DNA of 63,443 nt, filler included, from Deltaproteobacteria bacterium (GCA_016283195.1; 4 parts of 4 records of this genome joined end to end with filler, not necessarily neighbours in it), one strand, 5' to 3'; counted from the first letter of the whole stretch, positions 50,346-61,032 are shown. Notes: generated by a model from the sequence alone, not told the origin. Numbers and translations: made by a program.

Positions 50346-53300
50346 TTGCTTTCCCCTTCGGTAGCGCTGTGCCAGCCCAAAATGGGGCCAAGATTCTCTT
50401 TAAAAATCGGTTCGACGTAAAGGTCAAGGTATTCGCTTAAGGAATAAGGCTCGCCCAAAATTTCCGGCTTGATAGGGTTATAAGCAATAGGTGTGCCCGG
50501 TATGCCGATTTTGGTTTGATAATCGAGATATAGCTTTAAATTCTCGTATTTCACCCAAATATTGAGCCCTTTGATCCATACCAGTTTCAGCTTTTTGCGC
50601 GTGCCGGTGATGCTGTCGTCTTTTTCTTCGGGATCGAGAGTTTGCAAGAAGCGATCCAAAGTGGAGCGGCCGATTTTAGTAATATTGATATTGGCATTGA
50701 TGTTGCGGGTGAGCTCCGATTTTTCCAAATTGACACTGATATTGCCGTTGATTTCCGAGTCCGGCCCGCTGGGGATAGAGAGCATAGTGGAAGCATCTAT
50801 GCCGGTAAAATTGAGCCCTAAATCCAATAAAACAGCTTTACCGGCAGTAAGCTGGGCCGCCATGGTGCCTTTGATGTCGCCGCCGATGGTATTAAGGCGC
50901 AAGTGGTCGATGGCCAAAATGCCGTCGGTGAGTACCAAATCGAGAGCCAGCTCATGGATATCGAGGCCGGCGGCATGTACTTTTTCGATAGTGAGGCCCG
51001 GTTTTAAGCGGTAAGGGCGCAAAAGCTCATAATAAAGAGCTCTGGTGGAGCGCTTTAAGATATTGTCATTACTGAGTTTTAAAGCCACTAAACCGCTACC
51101 GACCGGCACATCTTTTACTAGTACCAAGCGCTCCGGGCCCTCATCAAAATAGAGGCCGACGGAGAGAGGCATGTGGCCGTTTATCTCTTCAACATAAGTT
51201 TCTTCATCCAGTTTAAAGAAAAAGTCCTTTAAATCGGCTTCCATTAAAAGAGAGGCGAGGCCCTGTTTTATGGCAAAGTTGAGTGCGAGAGCCACTTCTC
51301 CGGAGGTGGTAAAGCCATCCTTTAGAATGACTGTGGACTCTTTTTGCGCCAGTTTTAAAGCCACACTGCCTTTAGTATCTATGCCCGGCAGGCCGGATTT
51401 TTCCCAGGCTTTGTTAAAGAAAACCAGGTGCGGTTTCACAATGCCGAAATTAATGTTGGCTTCAGCACCGATAGAGGGGGCATTTAAGAGCAGTGAGCCG
51501 TTGGCATCGCCGCCGTAAATGAGCGCCAGCTCTAAATTTAGACCCAAATTTTCCAGGGGATTGTTTAAAAGCTCACTATAAGTGACGCTGGCTGATTTAT
51601 AAGCTGTGGCAATGGCAATATTATTGAGCTCCTGGGTTAGAGCAAGGTTAATTGTTGTCTTTTTAAGCTCGACATGCGGATCGGCCAGCTCCAGCTTGCC
51701 GGCGGCTATATCAAAGCCCACTTCCGGTTTGCGATTGCCTTCGCCGGTGGAGAGGCGCACAGCCAAATCGAGATCAGCGGCTTTTATATCGGGCATAGTG
51801 AGGTTTAGATCATTTAAAGCCAGCTCAATTTTGGCTCCAAAAGGCAGCCCCTTATCAATAAAGTTAAAGAGCGGCTGTAAATAGGGCAGGCCGGAATCAA
51901 GGCGCCCGGCGGCTTTTCCCACGCGTTCCAGTGTCTTTAGCGGCACTGTGCCGTTGGCATTTAGAGTAAGTTTTAATTGGCCGGACACAGTCAAATCCGG
52001 CAGATCCTTTTTGATGGCCGGCGGTATTAGGCTATAGAGTTCGTTTAAATTATTTAAGCCGATAGCAGCGCTTAAATCATCGAGCTTAATATTATTATCA
52101 CTCAAAAGATTGGCCGCGCCGCCGGAGACTTTAAGAGTTAAAAGTTCTTTAATATCAACGGATAAATCATTTAATTTAAAGCTGTCTTTTCCCACGCGCT
52201 CCACATTTAAGGCCAGAGCCAGCGGGATGGTAAGCGAGCCGATATCGGCCGCTGAGTAGCTAAGGGAGGGGCTCTTAAGATCGAGAGTGAGAGCGGCGCG
52301 GCTACCAAGATAATCGCGGCTTTTGGCTTTTAGTTTAATATTTATCCTTTGGGCCTTGGCTGTACCTTTTTGCCCGGCTTCGGCGATACCGATTTCTATA
52401 TTGGCGCCGATTGCCTTATCCGAGGCCGGCCAAGAGGGCGATTTATCCCAGATTTCCGGCACAAAGTCGTTTATCAGGCGGGCGACCGCCGCCGGCGCGA
52501 TGGCGGCACCCAGATTAAAAGTAAGATTTCTAAGATTTTCCGGGCCGGTGGTGGCCCCGGCGAGGCTAAGCTTTAAATTTACGGTACCGGTGTCGGCCTC
52601 TTTTTTCTGGCGCAAAAGCTGGCCGAGCGGCAAATCGGCTCCCAGGGCCAGATCCAGATTACTGGCTTTGATATTGTCCATGCCGGCGCCTTTAACGGCT
52701 ACTTTCAGCTCCAGTGGCAATTTTTCCTCGCCGGCAGTACTGGCTAATTCCTGATAAATGTCTTTATTAAAAGGTATAGCGGTATAAACATCCGGCAGAA
52801 AGTTCGGCAATACGGCCAAAAGCGGCGCCAGCGGCACGGTAGTACCCAGGTTTAAAGCCACTTTTTGCGCGCCGATATTTTCATATTGAGCTTTTTCAAG
52901 AGCTATATCTATAGCCAGTTTCAGCTCTTTTAGGGAGGGCAGATTTATGGCCAAATCTAAGTCCAACCCAGAAGCATTTACGCCAAAATCCGGCAACTTA
53001 GCCCCCACTTTTTGCCCTTTTAAAGCCAGATTCAGGGCAAGCCCCCGCGGGTCGTCCAGATTACTAAGCGAAAAATGGAGCGGATCTATGGTTAAATCTA
53101 TGAATCCATCAGCGCTTATACCCGGCATAACTGTAGCAGCTACCACCTGGGCAAGCTCTTTTAGTGGCAGGTGCACTTCAAAACGCTTTAAATCGGCTTC
53201 CAAAATGGAGAAAAAGTGGCTGGCAGCTGCCTCTATACCAATAATTTGTTCCTTGCCAAGTTGCATGGAGAGAGCATTAAGCGCTGCTTCCTCTTTGGTT

Positions 53301-54268
53301 AAATCGGCTGCGGCTTTTATGGTTAGCTTTATCGGCGGAGCTTCCAGTTTATAAGGGGCCTCAAGTGTCGGCTCGGTAAAAAAGGTAAAATCAAGATTAT
53401 GAGCGGCGAGACTCTTGCTCTTTATGTCGATACCCAGATAAAGCGGCACCTTGCCGCCGGTGATTAACTGGCTTTGGCCATCGTATTGTGCCCAGGACAG
53501 TTTGGCCGGTTTTTGCTGCGATTCGCCAATATTAATCGCTATATCGGCTTCCGCTTTGCCCTGAATCAGCGAAGCTGATACCTTGAAGGAAAAAGAGCTG
53601 AAAACTGCTTGTAATTCCTTGGTATAAAGCGCTGCTTCCAGCTCTTTTATGCGCACCTCGCGGACAATAATATCAATCGGCAAAACAGGCAGCTCGGGCA
53701 GAACAAAAGCGTTGTCGGAATTGGCGTCTTCTTCTTCCGGCTCCGGTTCATCACTCGGCGGGCCAAGCAAACTGGCCAAAATAGGCTCATGAGAATAGCC
53801 GGTTTCGCTGCTGCCGTCGAGTGCCGCACTGATCCCGTCTATGGCAATTTCATCAACATAGAGCTTTTTGTCTAACAGATGGCGAAAAGTCAGATCTATG
53901 GTGATATTTGATACTTTTAGCAGATCATGGGTAAAAGGTTCGCGCGGGGCGGCAATGATTAAATCGGAAATAACGATGGTAGTCGGTATATCGATACTTA
54001 ACTTGCCGATAGTGACTTTTGTACCCAAAAGGCCGCTTAAAAAATCATTGCCCATTTCCCGGAGGCGCTCATCGGTAAAGACAAAGAGCCTGGCCAGGAC
54101 AACAGCCAGAATGATAAAAACGAAAAGATAAAAAGGAATGCGCCAGGTAATACTCCACAGGCGAGAAAGAAGACTGCGCTTAGGCTTTTGCTTCTTTTGC
54201 GCTGTTTTTTCAGGCGGCTCAGTGTTTGTGGTCGCCTCTTTACTTAAATTCTCGTCACCGGAGCTCAT
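50342..54268 (-). CDS. AsmA-like/YdbH-like intermembrane lipid-bridge protein
   Basis: 1308 aa, single N-terminal TM, long amphipathic beta repeats, directly upstream of a YdbL-like gene. Confidence 0.65.
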   Translation of the reverse strand: MSSGDENLSKEATTNTEPPEKTAQKKQKPKRSLLSRLWSITWRIPFYLFVFIILAVVLARLFVFTDERLREMGNDFLSGLLGTKVTIGKLSIDIPTTIVISDLIIAAPREPFTHDLLKVSNITIDLTFRHLLDKKLYVDEIAIDGISAALDGSSETGYSHEPILASLLGPPSDEPEPEEEDANSDNAFVLPELPVLPIDIIVREVRIKELEAALYTKELQAVFSSFSFKVSASLIQGKAEADIAINIGESQQKPAKLSWAQYDGQSQLITGGKVPLYLGIDIKSKSLAAHNLDFTFFTEPTLEAPYKLEAPPIKLTIKAAADLTKEEAALNALSMQLGKEQIIGIEAAASHFFSILEADLKRFEVHLPLKELAQVVAATVMPGISADGFIDLTIDPLHFSLSNLDDPRGLALNLALKGQKVGAKLPDFGVNASGLDLDLAINLPSLKELKLAIDIALEKAQYENIGAQKVALNLGTTVPLAPLLAVLPNFLPDVYTAIPFNKDIYQELASTAGEEKLPLELKVAVKGAGMDNIKASNLDLALGADLPLGQLLRQKKEADTGTVNLKLSLAGATTGPENLRNLTFNLGAAIAPAAVARLINDFVPEIWDKSPSWPASDKAIGANIEIGIAEAGQKGTAKAQRINIKLKAKSRDYLGSRAALTLDLKSPSLSYSAADIGSLTIPLALALNVERVGKDSFKLNDLSVDIKELLTLKVSGGAANLLSDNNIKLDDLSAAIGLNNLNELYSLIPPAIKKDLPDLTVSGQLKLTLNANGTVPLKTLERVGKAAGRLDSGLPYLQPLFNFIDKGLPFGAKIELALNDLNLTMPDIKAADLDLAVRLSTGEGNRKPEVGFDIAAGKLELADPHVELKKTTINLALTQELNNIAIATAYKSASVTYSELLNNPLENLGLNLELALIYGGDANGSLLLNAPSIGAEANINFGIVKPHLVFFNKAWEKSGLPGIDTKGSVALKLAQKESTVILKDGFTTSGEVALALNFAIKQGLASLLMEADLKDFFFKLDEETYVEEINGHMPLSVGLYFDEGPERLVLVKDVPVGSGLVALKLSNDNILKRSTRALYYELLRPYRLKPGLTIEKVHAAGLDIHELALDLVLTDGILAIDHLRLNTIGGDIKGTMAAQLTAGKAVLLDLGLNFTGIDASTMLSIPSGPDSEINGNISVNLEKSELTRNINANINITKIGRSTLDRFLQTLDPEEKDDSITGTRKKLKLVWIKGLNIWVKYENLKLYLDYQTKIGIPGTPIAYNPIKPEILGEPYSLSEYLDLYVEPIFKENLGPILGWHSATEGESK

Positions 54269-54311
54269 TACTGAGGCGCCTCAGGCCTATCGCTTGCGGA
54301 ATTGGCTACGG

Positions 54312-54776
54312 TCAGTGGCTTTTTTGAGCCGCAGCCACTTCTTTGATGGCTTTGATGATTTTTACGTAACCGGTGCAGCGGCAGAGATTGCCGTCGAGAG
54401 CGCGTTTTATCTCCTCTTCGCTGGGGTCACTGTTGGTTTCCAAAAGGGCTTTGGTAGCGAGCAGCATACCTGGAGTGCAATAGCCGCACTGCACAGCGCC
54501 GTTGTTTACGAAAATCTTTTGCATTTCGCTGGGCTCGTTGACTGTCCCCAGACCTTCGACAGTAAAAATCTCATGGCCCTCGGCCTGGGCGGCAAAAGTC
54601 ATGCAGGAGAGAATCGGCCGGCCGTCCATCAGTACGGTGCAGGCTCCGCAGGTGCCGTGTCCGCAACCTTTTTTGGCGCCTTTGTAGCCGTTTCTTCTTA
54701 ATACGTCCAAAAGCAAATCGCCGGCTTCGGCCTCAAATGTTTTCGGCTCGCCGTTAATAATCATATTTACTTGCAT
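54312..54776 (-). CDS. 2Fe-2S subunit of a molybdenum hydroxylase (CoxS/XdhC-like)
   Basis: GCGHGTCGACTV, QCGYCTPG, GNLCRCTGY. Confidence 0.95.
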   Translation of the reverse strand: MQVNMIINGEPKTFEAEAGDLLLDVLRRNGYKGAKKGCGHGTCGACTVLMDGRPILSCMTFAAQAEGHEIFTVEGLGTVNEPSEMQKIFVNNGAVQCGYCTPGMLLATKALLETNSDPSEEEIKRALDGNLCRCTGYVKIIKAIKEVAAAQKSH

Positions 54777-54790
54777 GGTGCGCTCCTTAT

Positions 54791-55231
54791 TTATTTGCTG
54801 AGGTTGGCCAGGGCAGTGCTTAAGGCTCTCCGGCAGAGAACGGCAACCATTTCCTGCTTGTAGCCGACGCTGGCCCGCGGGTCACTGGAAATAATCAAAT
54901 CCTTGGCCGCTTTGGCACTTAAAAGGTCAATATCTATGTCATCGATAGCTTTGTCCAGCATCATGCCGGAAGGCTGGGTGACAAAGACCGGGCGCGATTT
55001 TATTGAGCCCACCACAATGCGCGAGTCGGTGATAATGCCTTTGTCCTGAGTCAGAAAAACAGCTACCGAAAGCAGAGGATAATCAGTAACGGTGCGGCGA
55101 ATCTGCTCATAACCGAAGGCGGCCCGGCCGGCTTCGTAATTGGGATATTCAATCTGGGTAATGAGTTCACCGTCGCGAATGATGCGGCTGGCGCTCTGGC
55201 TGAAGAATTTTGTGGCTTTTATGCGCCGGCG
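54791..55231 (-). CDS. FAD-binding subunit of a molybdenum hydroxylase (CoxM-like), 3' fragment
   Basis: Frame open from the gap: RRIKATKFF..GELITQIEYP..RRTVTDYPLLSVAV..SDPRASVGYK; adjacent to the CoxS-like gene. Confidence 0.8.
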   Translation of the reverse strand, partial: RRRIKATKFFSQSASRIIRDGELITQIEYPNYEAGRAAFGYEQIRRTVTDYPLLSVAVFLTQDKGIITDSRIVVGSIKSRPVFVTQPSGMMLDKAIDDIDIDLLSAKAAKDLIISSDPRASVGYKQEMVAVLCRRALSTALANLSK

Positions 55232-55331
55232 NNNNNNNNNNNNNNNNNNNNNNNNNNNNNNNNNNNNNNNNNNNNTTAATTAATTAANNNNNNNNNNNNN
55301 NNNNNNNNNNNNNNNNNNNNNNNNNNNNNNN
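55232..55331. other. Artificial contig-joining linker
   Basis: N44-TTAATTAATTAA-N44. Confidence 0.99.
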
Positions 55332-55359
55332 GTGTGAGCTCACGTCTATGGTTTAAACT

Positions 55360-56103
55360 CTAAGCACTCTTGGCTAAAAACCAGTCGGCCATAGCGCATA
55401 TTAGCTTCTCGCGGCGCGGCATATCCAGCAGGCGATGGTCGGCGCCGTTAAGGGTGTGAAACTCCGCTCCAGGCAAGGTGGCGGCTAGTTTTTGCGCGCT
55501 CATAAAAGGCACAATTTCATCGGCTGTGCCATGGGCCAGGTAACAAGGGCAAGTCGGTCTTGGCCACTCACCCTCACTCATAGCTTCTTCATAAAAAGCC
55601 AGCGGCAACTTGGCACCGCCAAATTCAATAAAGCCGTCTTGCTGCCACTTTTTGAGCACCGGCGGAGCAAAAAGCGGGGCTAAATCGCTAAAATTACCCA
55701 CTGCCGCCCAGGTGGCCACCGCCGCCACAAGGAAAAGCCCGGCAGCTCTTAGCACCACTGCGCCGCCCAAGCTGGAACCATAGAGAAAAATCGGCCTGGA
55801 GCTTCTTTTTCGGATGTAATCCAATACGCCCAAAAGGTCGGCTATTTCGCCTCTTGGAGTTAAATCCTGCCAAGTGCCGCCAGAATTGCCCCGGCCACTA
55901 AAATCAAAGCGCACCACGGAAAAACCTCTGGCGCTGAGCTCTTTGGCCATAAAGAGGTGGCGCAGGCTGCTTTTACTGGAAAGCATACCGTGAGCAATAA
56001 CCACCACCGGCTCTTTAGTAATATCACCATGGATTCTGGTGCTGAGCAAAGTACCGCGCCGAGAGGTAATAATAACTGATTTTACTATTTTTTTTAAAAC
56101 CAT
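55360..56103 (-). CDS. Alpha/beta hydrolase
   Basis: HGM oxyanion motif, FDFSGRG.S, GSSLGG nucleophile, HGTADEIVP, GADH. Confidence 0.9.
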   Translation of the reverse strand: MVLKKIVKSVIITSRRGTLLSTRIHGDITKEPVVVIAHGMLSSKSSLRHLFMAKELSARGFSVVRFDFSGRGNSGGTWQDLTPRGEIADLLGVLDYIRKRSSRPIFLYGSSLGGAVVLRAAGLFLVAAVATWAAVGNFSDLAPLFAPPVLKKWQQDGFIEFGGAKLPLAFYEEAMSEGEWPRPTCPCYLAHGTADEIVPFMSAQKLAATLPGAEFHTLNGADHRLLDMPRREKLICAMADWFLAKSA

Positions 56104-57644
56104 TTTATATTAAAAGTCCTTAACGGATAGTTAACATAAATGCGCCCGCGCCCGCTAGCCGGTACATCAAAGGGGATAGTCTGCGCTTTGCCTTCATCAT
56201 AATTAACCGACAGCACATGACGGCTTTTGGGCTTTAAATCAACGGTTGTGAGCCACATATCCTGGCCCAGGAGACGATTATCAAGCATTATTTTGGCTTT
56301 GCGACTAATTTGTATTTCCAAAAGGACATTTCCGCTTGCCGGCTCACGTTGCAAAATAGATGTTTCCCCGGGCACCACATCCGGCCCCGATTGCAAGCTA
56401 ATAACAGCCATAATGCCAACAAAAACCACAGCCGTGAAAACAGCGCTCCAAGCACCTATGCGCATAATTTTATCGCGGTTTTTACCTATATCTTTGGCGG
56501 CTTTATTACTATCCGACTTTTCTTTTAAACGCCTGGTAACCAGCTGGGTAGCAGGTACATTTTTCTCTTCCCCCTGCCCCATGGTCATGAGTTCCAGCAC
56601 AGGAATGCTATCTTCACCGTTAGGATCCAGGATGGCGAGGCGTGCTCTAATTTGCGAAACCAAATCGGCTCTATTGTGTTCCAAAGCCCGTTTTAATTGC
56701 TTGCGTTCCCGCCTGGCCGCCCGTTTTTTATATTCCAGCTCGTATTCCTCAGGCTTAGTAAGGTAATTTCTAATATCTTCGCGAACATCCTTAACGGCCC
56801 AAATGTTTAAAATCTCCTCCAAGAGTTCAACCAGCACCTTGCCGGAGGCCGGCCTTTCTTCCGGATTTATCTTCAGGCAGCTTTTTATCAGCTCAGCCAT
56901 CTGAGAAGTTACCAGCGGCGAAATTTTGCGCGGATCTTTATAACGCTGAGCAATTATCGCTTTATAAAGGTCCAGCGGAGAACGAGCATTAAAAGGCATG
57001 GTGCGGGTTAAGAGATTATAAAGCATAACGCCAAAGGCAAAAATATCACTCCCCGGCCCAAGGGCTTTGCCGGACATCTGTTCCGGCGCCATAAATCCCG
57101 GCGTGCCGAGAACCTCCGTCTTTTTGGCCAAATCGGCGGCATTTTGATTTTCATAATCAAAAATCTTGGCAATGCCAAAATCGGTGAGCACCACCCGCCC
57201 GTCATTATCAATATAAATATTCTCCGGCTTCAAATCGCGATGAATAATCCCGGCCTGATGGGCAGTTTCCAAAGCTGAGGCCACTTCCTTACCTACGGCC
57301 GCTACTATGGGCTCCGGTATAGTACCGCGCACATTAAGGAGATCAAAAAGGTCTATACCTTTAAGACGCTCCATCACCAAATAGGCTTCTCCCGCCTCAC
57401 CGCTGCTAAAATCGTATATTTCCACAATATTCGGATGGCGAAAAGCGGCAATAGCCCGCGCTTCACGGCTAAAGCGCTCCAGAGCACGCGGATTCTTGGC
57501 AATTGCGCTGGAGATGGTTTTAATGGCCACCTCACGCTCCAATTTGGGATCATAGCCCAAAAGAATAGTGCCCATGGCACCTTTACCCAATTGGCCGCGG
57601 ATTTCATAACGATCGATTTTTTTCGGCAATCCTGAAGATTCCAT
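56094..57644 (-). CDS. Membrane-anchored Hanks-type Ser/Thr protein kinase
   Basis: LGKGAMG, VAIK, HRDLKPEN, DFGIAK, GTPGFMAPE; TM near the C-terminus; start moved to ATG 57644 (GGAG RBS). Confidence 0.93.
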   Translation of the reverse strand: MESSGLPKKIDRYEIRGQLGKGAMGTILLGYDPKLEREVAIKTISSAIAKNPRALERFSREARAIAAFRHPNIVEIYDFSSGEAGEAYLVMERLKGIDLFDLLNVRGTIPEPIVAAVGKEVASALETAHQAGIIHRDLKPENIYIDNDGRVVLTDFGIAKIFDYENQNAADLAKKTEVLGTPGFMAPEQMSGKALGPGSDIFAFGVMLYNLLTRTMPFNARSPLDLYKAIIAQRYKDPRKISPLVTSQMAELIKSCLKINPEERPASGKVLVELLEEILNIWAVKDVREDIRNYLTKPEEYELEYKKRAARRERKQLKRALEHNRADLVSQIRARLAILDPNGEDSIPVLELMTMGQGEEKNVPATQLVTRRLKEKSDSNKAAKDIGKNRDKIMRIGAWSAVFTAVVFVGIMAVISLQSGPDVVPGETSILQREPASGNVLLEIQISRKAKIMLDNRLLGQDMWLTTVDLKPKSRHVLSVNYDEGKAQTIPFDVPASGRGRIYVNYPLRTFNIKWF

Positions 57645-57753
57645 CTTTCTCCCAATATTCCAGCCACTACGGCCTAACTTAACAAAATGCTTATAATGTA
57701 TTTTCATCTCTTTGCCAATTGTGTTAGCAAAAATTGGAGAAAGGATTTGGCTC

Positions 57754-58524
57754 ATGAGCAGCATAAAAACGCCTCTTTTACCTGAAAGCATCATTGCTCT
57801 GCCCGATTTACCGCCCTTCAAATGGGGTTTTACCACTCGCCTTGGGGGCGTTAGCCAACCACCATATAAAGGTTTTAATTTAGCTGACCATGTGGGCGAT
57901 AATCCCGATTTCGTTAACCAAAACCGCACTGCCCTGGCAAGCCACCTGGCCGGAGACGGAAAAAAACTAAACTGGTTTTCACTGCGTCAGATACACGGCA
58001 CCAAAGTAGTAAGGGCACCATTTTCCGCTTCACCACCGCCGGAAGGCGATATTTTAATAGCCACCGCTCCCGGCTGCCTCCTGGCCATACTGGTAGCCGA
58101 CTGCGTACCGATTATCTTAGCCGATGCTGTAGCCGGTATTTACGGCGTAGCTCATTGCGGTTGGCGCGGTCTCACTGCCCACGGCATTTTAGAAGCCGTC
58201 AAAGTTTTTAAAAATTTTGGGAGCAAAGCAGAAAATATCCACGCGGCTATCGGCCCGGCTATAGGTCCTTGTTGCTTTGAAACCGGCACCGATGTTTACC
58301 GGCAGATAAAAAATTCATTTCCGGAAAATTACAGCGCCGCTTTTAAAAAAAATATCGACCTCAAACTTTTAGCTTTTTATGAATTACAGGCTTGCGGCAT
58401 TCCGTCAAATTCCATAACAACCTTAAATTATTGTACAAAATGCAATACTTCACTTTTTTTTAGCTACCGGGGAGAAAAAATAACCGGGCGTTTTGCCGGT
58501 TTTATAGCCTGCCCTCCTTCTTGA
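57754..58524 (+). CDS. pgeF: Peptidoglycan editing factor PgeF (YfiH family)
   Basis: FTTRLGGVS, NLADHVGD, QIHG, VADCVPI, HCGWRG, GPAIGPCCFE, FFSYR. Confidence 0.92.
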   Translation: MSSIKTPLLPESIIALPDLPPFKWGFTTRLGGVSQPPYKGFNLADHVGDNPDFVNQNRTALASHLAGDGKKLNWFSLRQIHGTKVVRAPFSASPPPEGDILIATAPGCLLAILVADCVPIILADAVAGIYGVAHCGWRGLTAHGILEAVKVFKNFGSKAENIHAAIGPAIGPCCFETGTDVYRQIKNSFPENYSAAFKKNIDLKLLAFYELQACGIPSNSITTLNYCTKCNTSLFFSYRGEKITGRFAGFIACPPS

Positions 58525-58549
58525 CATAAAAAGAACTCATTGCTAGCGT
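58521..58549 (+). promoter_or_regulatory. Putative sigma70 promoter
   Basis: TTGACA-N17-TAGCGT with TGn extension. Confidence 0.45.
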
Positions 58550-58608
58550 AGGGAGCGGAGTATTCTCCTTGTGCGGTATAGTATTACCTCGCTGTATTGG
58601 AGTAGAAT

Positions 58609-59946
58609 ATGAGTTTAAACTGTAAATATGGGCACATGTTGTTAGCTGGTCTTTTGCTGATTTCATCGTTTCCGTTACAAAAGGCCGGTGCAGCGGAAAT
58701 CACCGACGTCATTGATGCTGCGGATAAACGTTGGATTGGCGGACGCGACAACAATACCAAAACCAAAGATGATCCTTTTGATATGAATATCGGCGTCAGC
58801 TTCAGCCAGCATTTTAAAAACGGCATAATAAGCCGCGAAAGAAGCAATTACTATCCCAGTCTGGTTGAAGAAATGACTTATAAATACCAAGACATGATTA
58901 TGAATTTCGATGTAGCTATCGGTATGTATCATGACTTGGCTTTATATGTTTCCATTCCCCTAGTGCTTCGGCAAAAACACCATTATGCCTTTGCCGATGG
59001 CGTAACAGGCGGTAAAAACGGCAATAGTTCTATTTATTTCTTACCTGCTGATTCCAGAAATCTGATTGATTTTGACCCCACAGACGGCTTTGATTTTATT
59101 CATGGTACCGGCATCGGCAATATCCTCTTTTCTTTAAAATGGTCGCCTTTAAATGATGAGCGCGATGCTTCGGTTGCTACTTGGACTATTGGTGTAACTT
59201 ATGAAGCTCCGACCGCCACTCTTTATGATCCGACAGCACTCGCTCCTTTGACCAAACAGCAAGTCTCCGCCCATACCAGTGAGGGCCTGGCCGTTGGCGA
59301 TAAAGCCCACCGCCTGACGTTTTCTCTGGCTATGAGCCGGCGTATGTTTTTGCCTAAAGAATATGCTTTGGATCCCGATGTCAACCGCCGCGGCTTCATT
59401 GATCCTTATTTCTTGATTTATTACAGCTTGCCCATAGCCGGCTCAAGTTCCGTTGCTGCCGATCCCAAGCATAAAGCCTATGATGGTTCTATCACTCAAT
59501 ATCAACCGCCCCATATCGGCGGCTTTAAAACCGGTATGGAAATTGTGGCTTATGAGAATGTTACCCAGGGCCGCAAGTTAGCTTTTGATATTGGCGTTTA
59601 TGGCACTTATATCAGCGAGGGCCGCGGTTATACACCAATCACCGATGCCATCCGCGAACTTACTTATTTTGAAAATTATATGCAGGTCGGCGGCCATATT
59701 AATATTGTAGCCAAATTAGCCGAATATATCGGCCTCACCGCCGGAGTTACCTTGGGGCATGAAACTGCTCACTTTATTACTATGGAAAATTCCGGCGAAG
59801 ACAAAGACGGCAATGGTCAGACCGGCGATCCTGCCGATTACAACAGCCCATATTGGTCCTCGGAAATGGATCAAATCGGCAAGCGTATGCGTATCGAGCA
59901 GGTTTTTGATTTTTCATATAATGTCGGCCTCCAGGTTACCTTCTAA
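58609..59946 (+). CDS. Putative outer-membrane beta-barrel protein of unknown function
   Basis: Signal peptide, amphipathic strands, C-terminal YNVGLQVTF BAM-type motif. Confidence 0.6.
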   Translation: MSLNCKYGHMLLAGLLLISSFPLQKAGAAEITDVIDAADKRWIGGRDNNTKTKDDPFDMNIGVSFSQHFKNGIISRERSNYYPSLVEEMTYKYQDMIMNFDVAIGMYHDLALYVSIPLVLRQKHHYAFADGVTGGKNGNSSIYFLPADSRNLIDFDPTDGFDFIHGTGIGNILFSLKWSPLNDERDASVATWTIGVTYEAPTATLYDPTALAPLTKQQVSAHTSEGLAVGDKAHRLTFSLAMSRRMFLPKEYALDPDVNRRGFIDPYFLIYYSLPIAGSSSVAADPKHKAYDGSITQYQPPHIGGFKTGMEIVAYENVTQGRKLAFDIGVYGTYISEGRGYTPITDAIRELTYFENYMQVGGHINIVAKLAEYIGLTAGVTLGHETAHFITMENSGEDKDGNGQTGDPADYNSPYWSSEMDQIGKRMRIEQVFDFSYNVGLQVTF

Positions 59947-60012
59947 TCCAGCTTTTTCGCGCATTAACTCAGAGTCGGCCACAAATATTACCTTTATTTA
60001 CTCGGATTGCAG

Positions 60013-61017
60013 ATGAAAAAATTGCTCTTTATTATCGGCGCACCACGCTCAGGCACAACTTTGCTTCAGCACATGCTTAGTGTACACCCCGCTATCGGCA
60101 GCCATGCGGAGCCGCATCTTATGACGCCGCTAGCCCATTTGGGTTACTTTTACAATGTGGATAAGGCTCCTTACGACCACATCAATGCCGCCGAAGCCGA
60201 GCGCCAGTTTGTAGCCGATTTGCCGGGTGGTGAGGCCGATTATATTAAGGCCTGCCGCGCCTATAGCGACACACTCTACCAAGCCATGGCCGAAAAACTT
60301 GGGAGGCCTATTTTTTTGGATAAAACTCCGGCCTATGCCCTGATTCACGATTTTTTAACTACCATCTATCCCGATGCTTATTACCTGGTACTCACCAGGC
60401 AACCACTGGCTATTTTTCATTCCTATGCCGATTCTTTCTTTAACGGCGACTACACGGCGGCGCTAAATTATAATAATATTTTAGCTCGTTATGTACCGGC
60501 AATTGCTAAACTTCTCAAGAATCCGCCGAAAAATATGTTGCACATTACTTATGAAGATCTGGTAAAAGCCCCGGAAGAAGCCTTAAGAAAGATAACTGCC
60601 TGGCTTGGCATAAATTACTGCCAGGAGATGGTAAATTACGGGCATAAAGGTGCCAGCTCCGATTTACAAAAAGGCTATGGCGATCCTAATATTAGCAAGG
60701 ATTCCCGCCCTAACACCAAGTCGCTGAGCGGCTGGGCCAAAGCTCTGGCAACGAGTGAAACCGGCTTTAAACTGGCTCAAGAGGTGATACGCGGCCTGGA
60801 TAAAGATGATATAGCGCTTTGGGGCTACCAAAAAGATCACCTCTTTGACCCTTGCGTAGCGGTCAAAGGGGTCAAATATAAACCCAAAAAGCATTTGGAT
60901 GCCTATCGCTGTAAGCGGCGTATTTTTTTAAAAATAAAACCTTTTGCCAAATATAAAGCCTTCAACAACTTGCTGCGGCACATACGTTATTATTCCGATG
61001 TTTTACTCCGTGATTAA
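60013..61017 (+). CDS. PAPS-dependent sulfotransferase
   Basis: IIGAPRSGTTLL (5'-PSB), DKTP, R.P.....S (3'-PB), YEDLV. Confidence 0.9.
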   Translation: MKKLLFIIGAPRSGTTLLQHMLSVHPAIGSHAEPHLMTPLAHLGYFYNVDKAPYDHINAAEAERQFVADLPGGEADYIKACRAYSDTLYQAMAEKLGRPIFLDKTPAYALIHDFLTTIYPDAYYLVLTRQPLAIFHSYADSFFNGDYTAALNYNNILARYVPAIAKLLKNPPKNMLHITYEDLVKAPEEALRKITAWLGINYCQEMVNYGHKGASSDLQKGYGDPNISKDSRPNTKSLSGWAKALATSETGFKLAQEVIRGLDKDDIALWGYQKDHLFDPCVAVKGVKYKPKKHLDAYRCKRRIFLKIKPFAKYKAFNNLLRHIRYYSDVLLRD

Positions 61018-61032
61018 GATTTTTAAGATTTC

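Noticed and set aside
56086-56103. Possible programmed frameshift fusing the kinase and the hydrolase at TTTTAAAAAAAA
   Set aside because: The slippery heptamer is not in the kinase frame before its stop codon. An ordinary 10-nt overlap with translational coupling is sufficient.
57645-57929. N-terminal extension of the kinase overlapping pgeF head-to-head
   Set aside because: Better starts with RBS-like sequences exist (57644 on the minus strand, 57754 on the plus strand), which removes the overlap.
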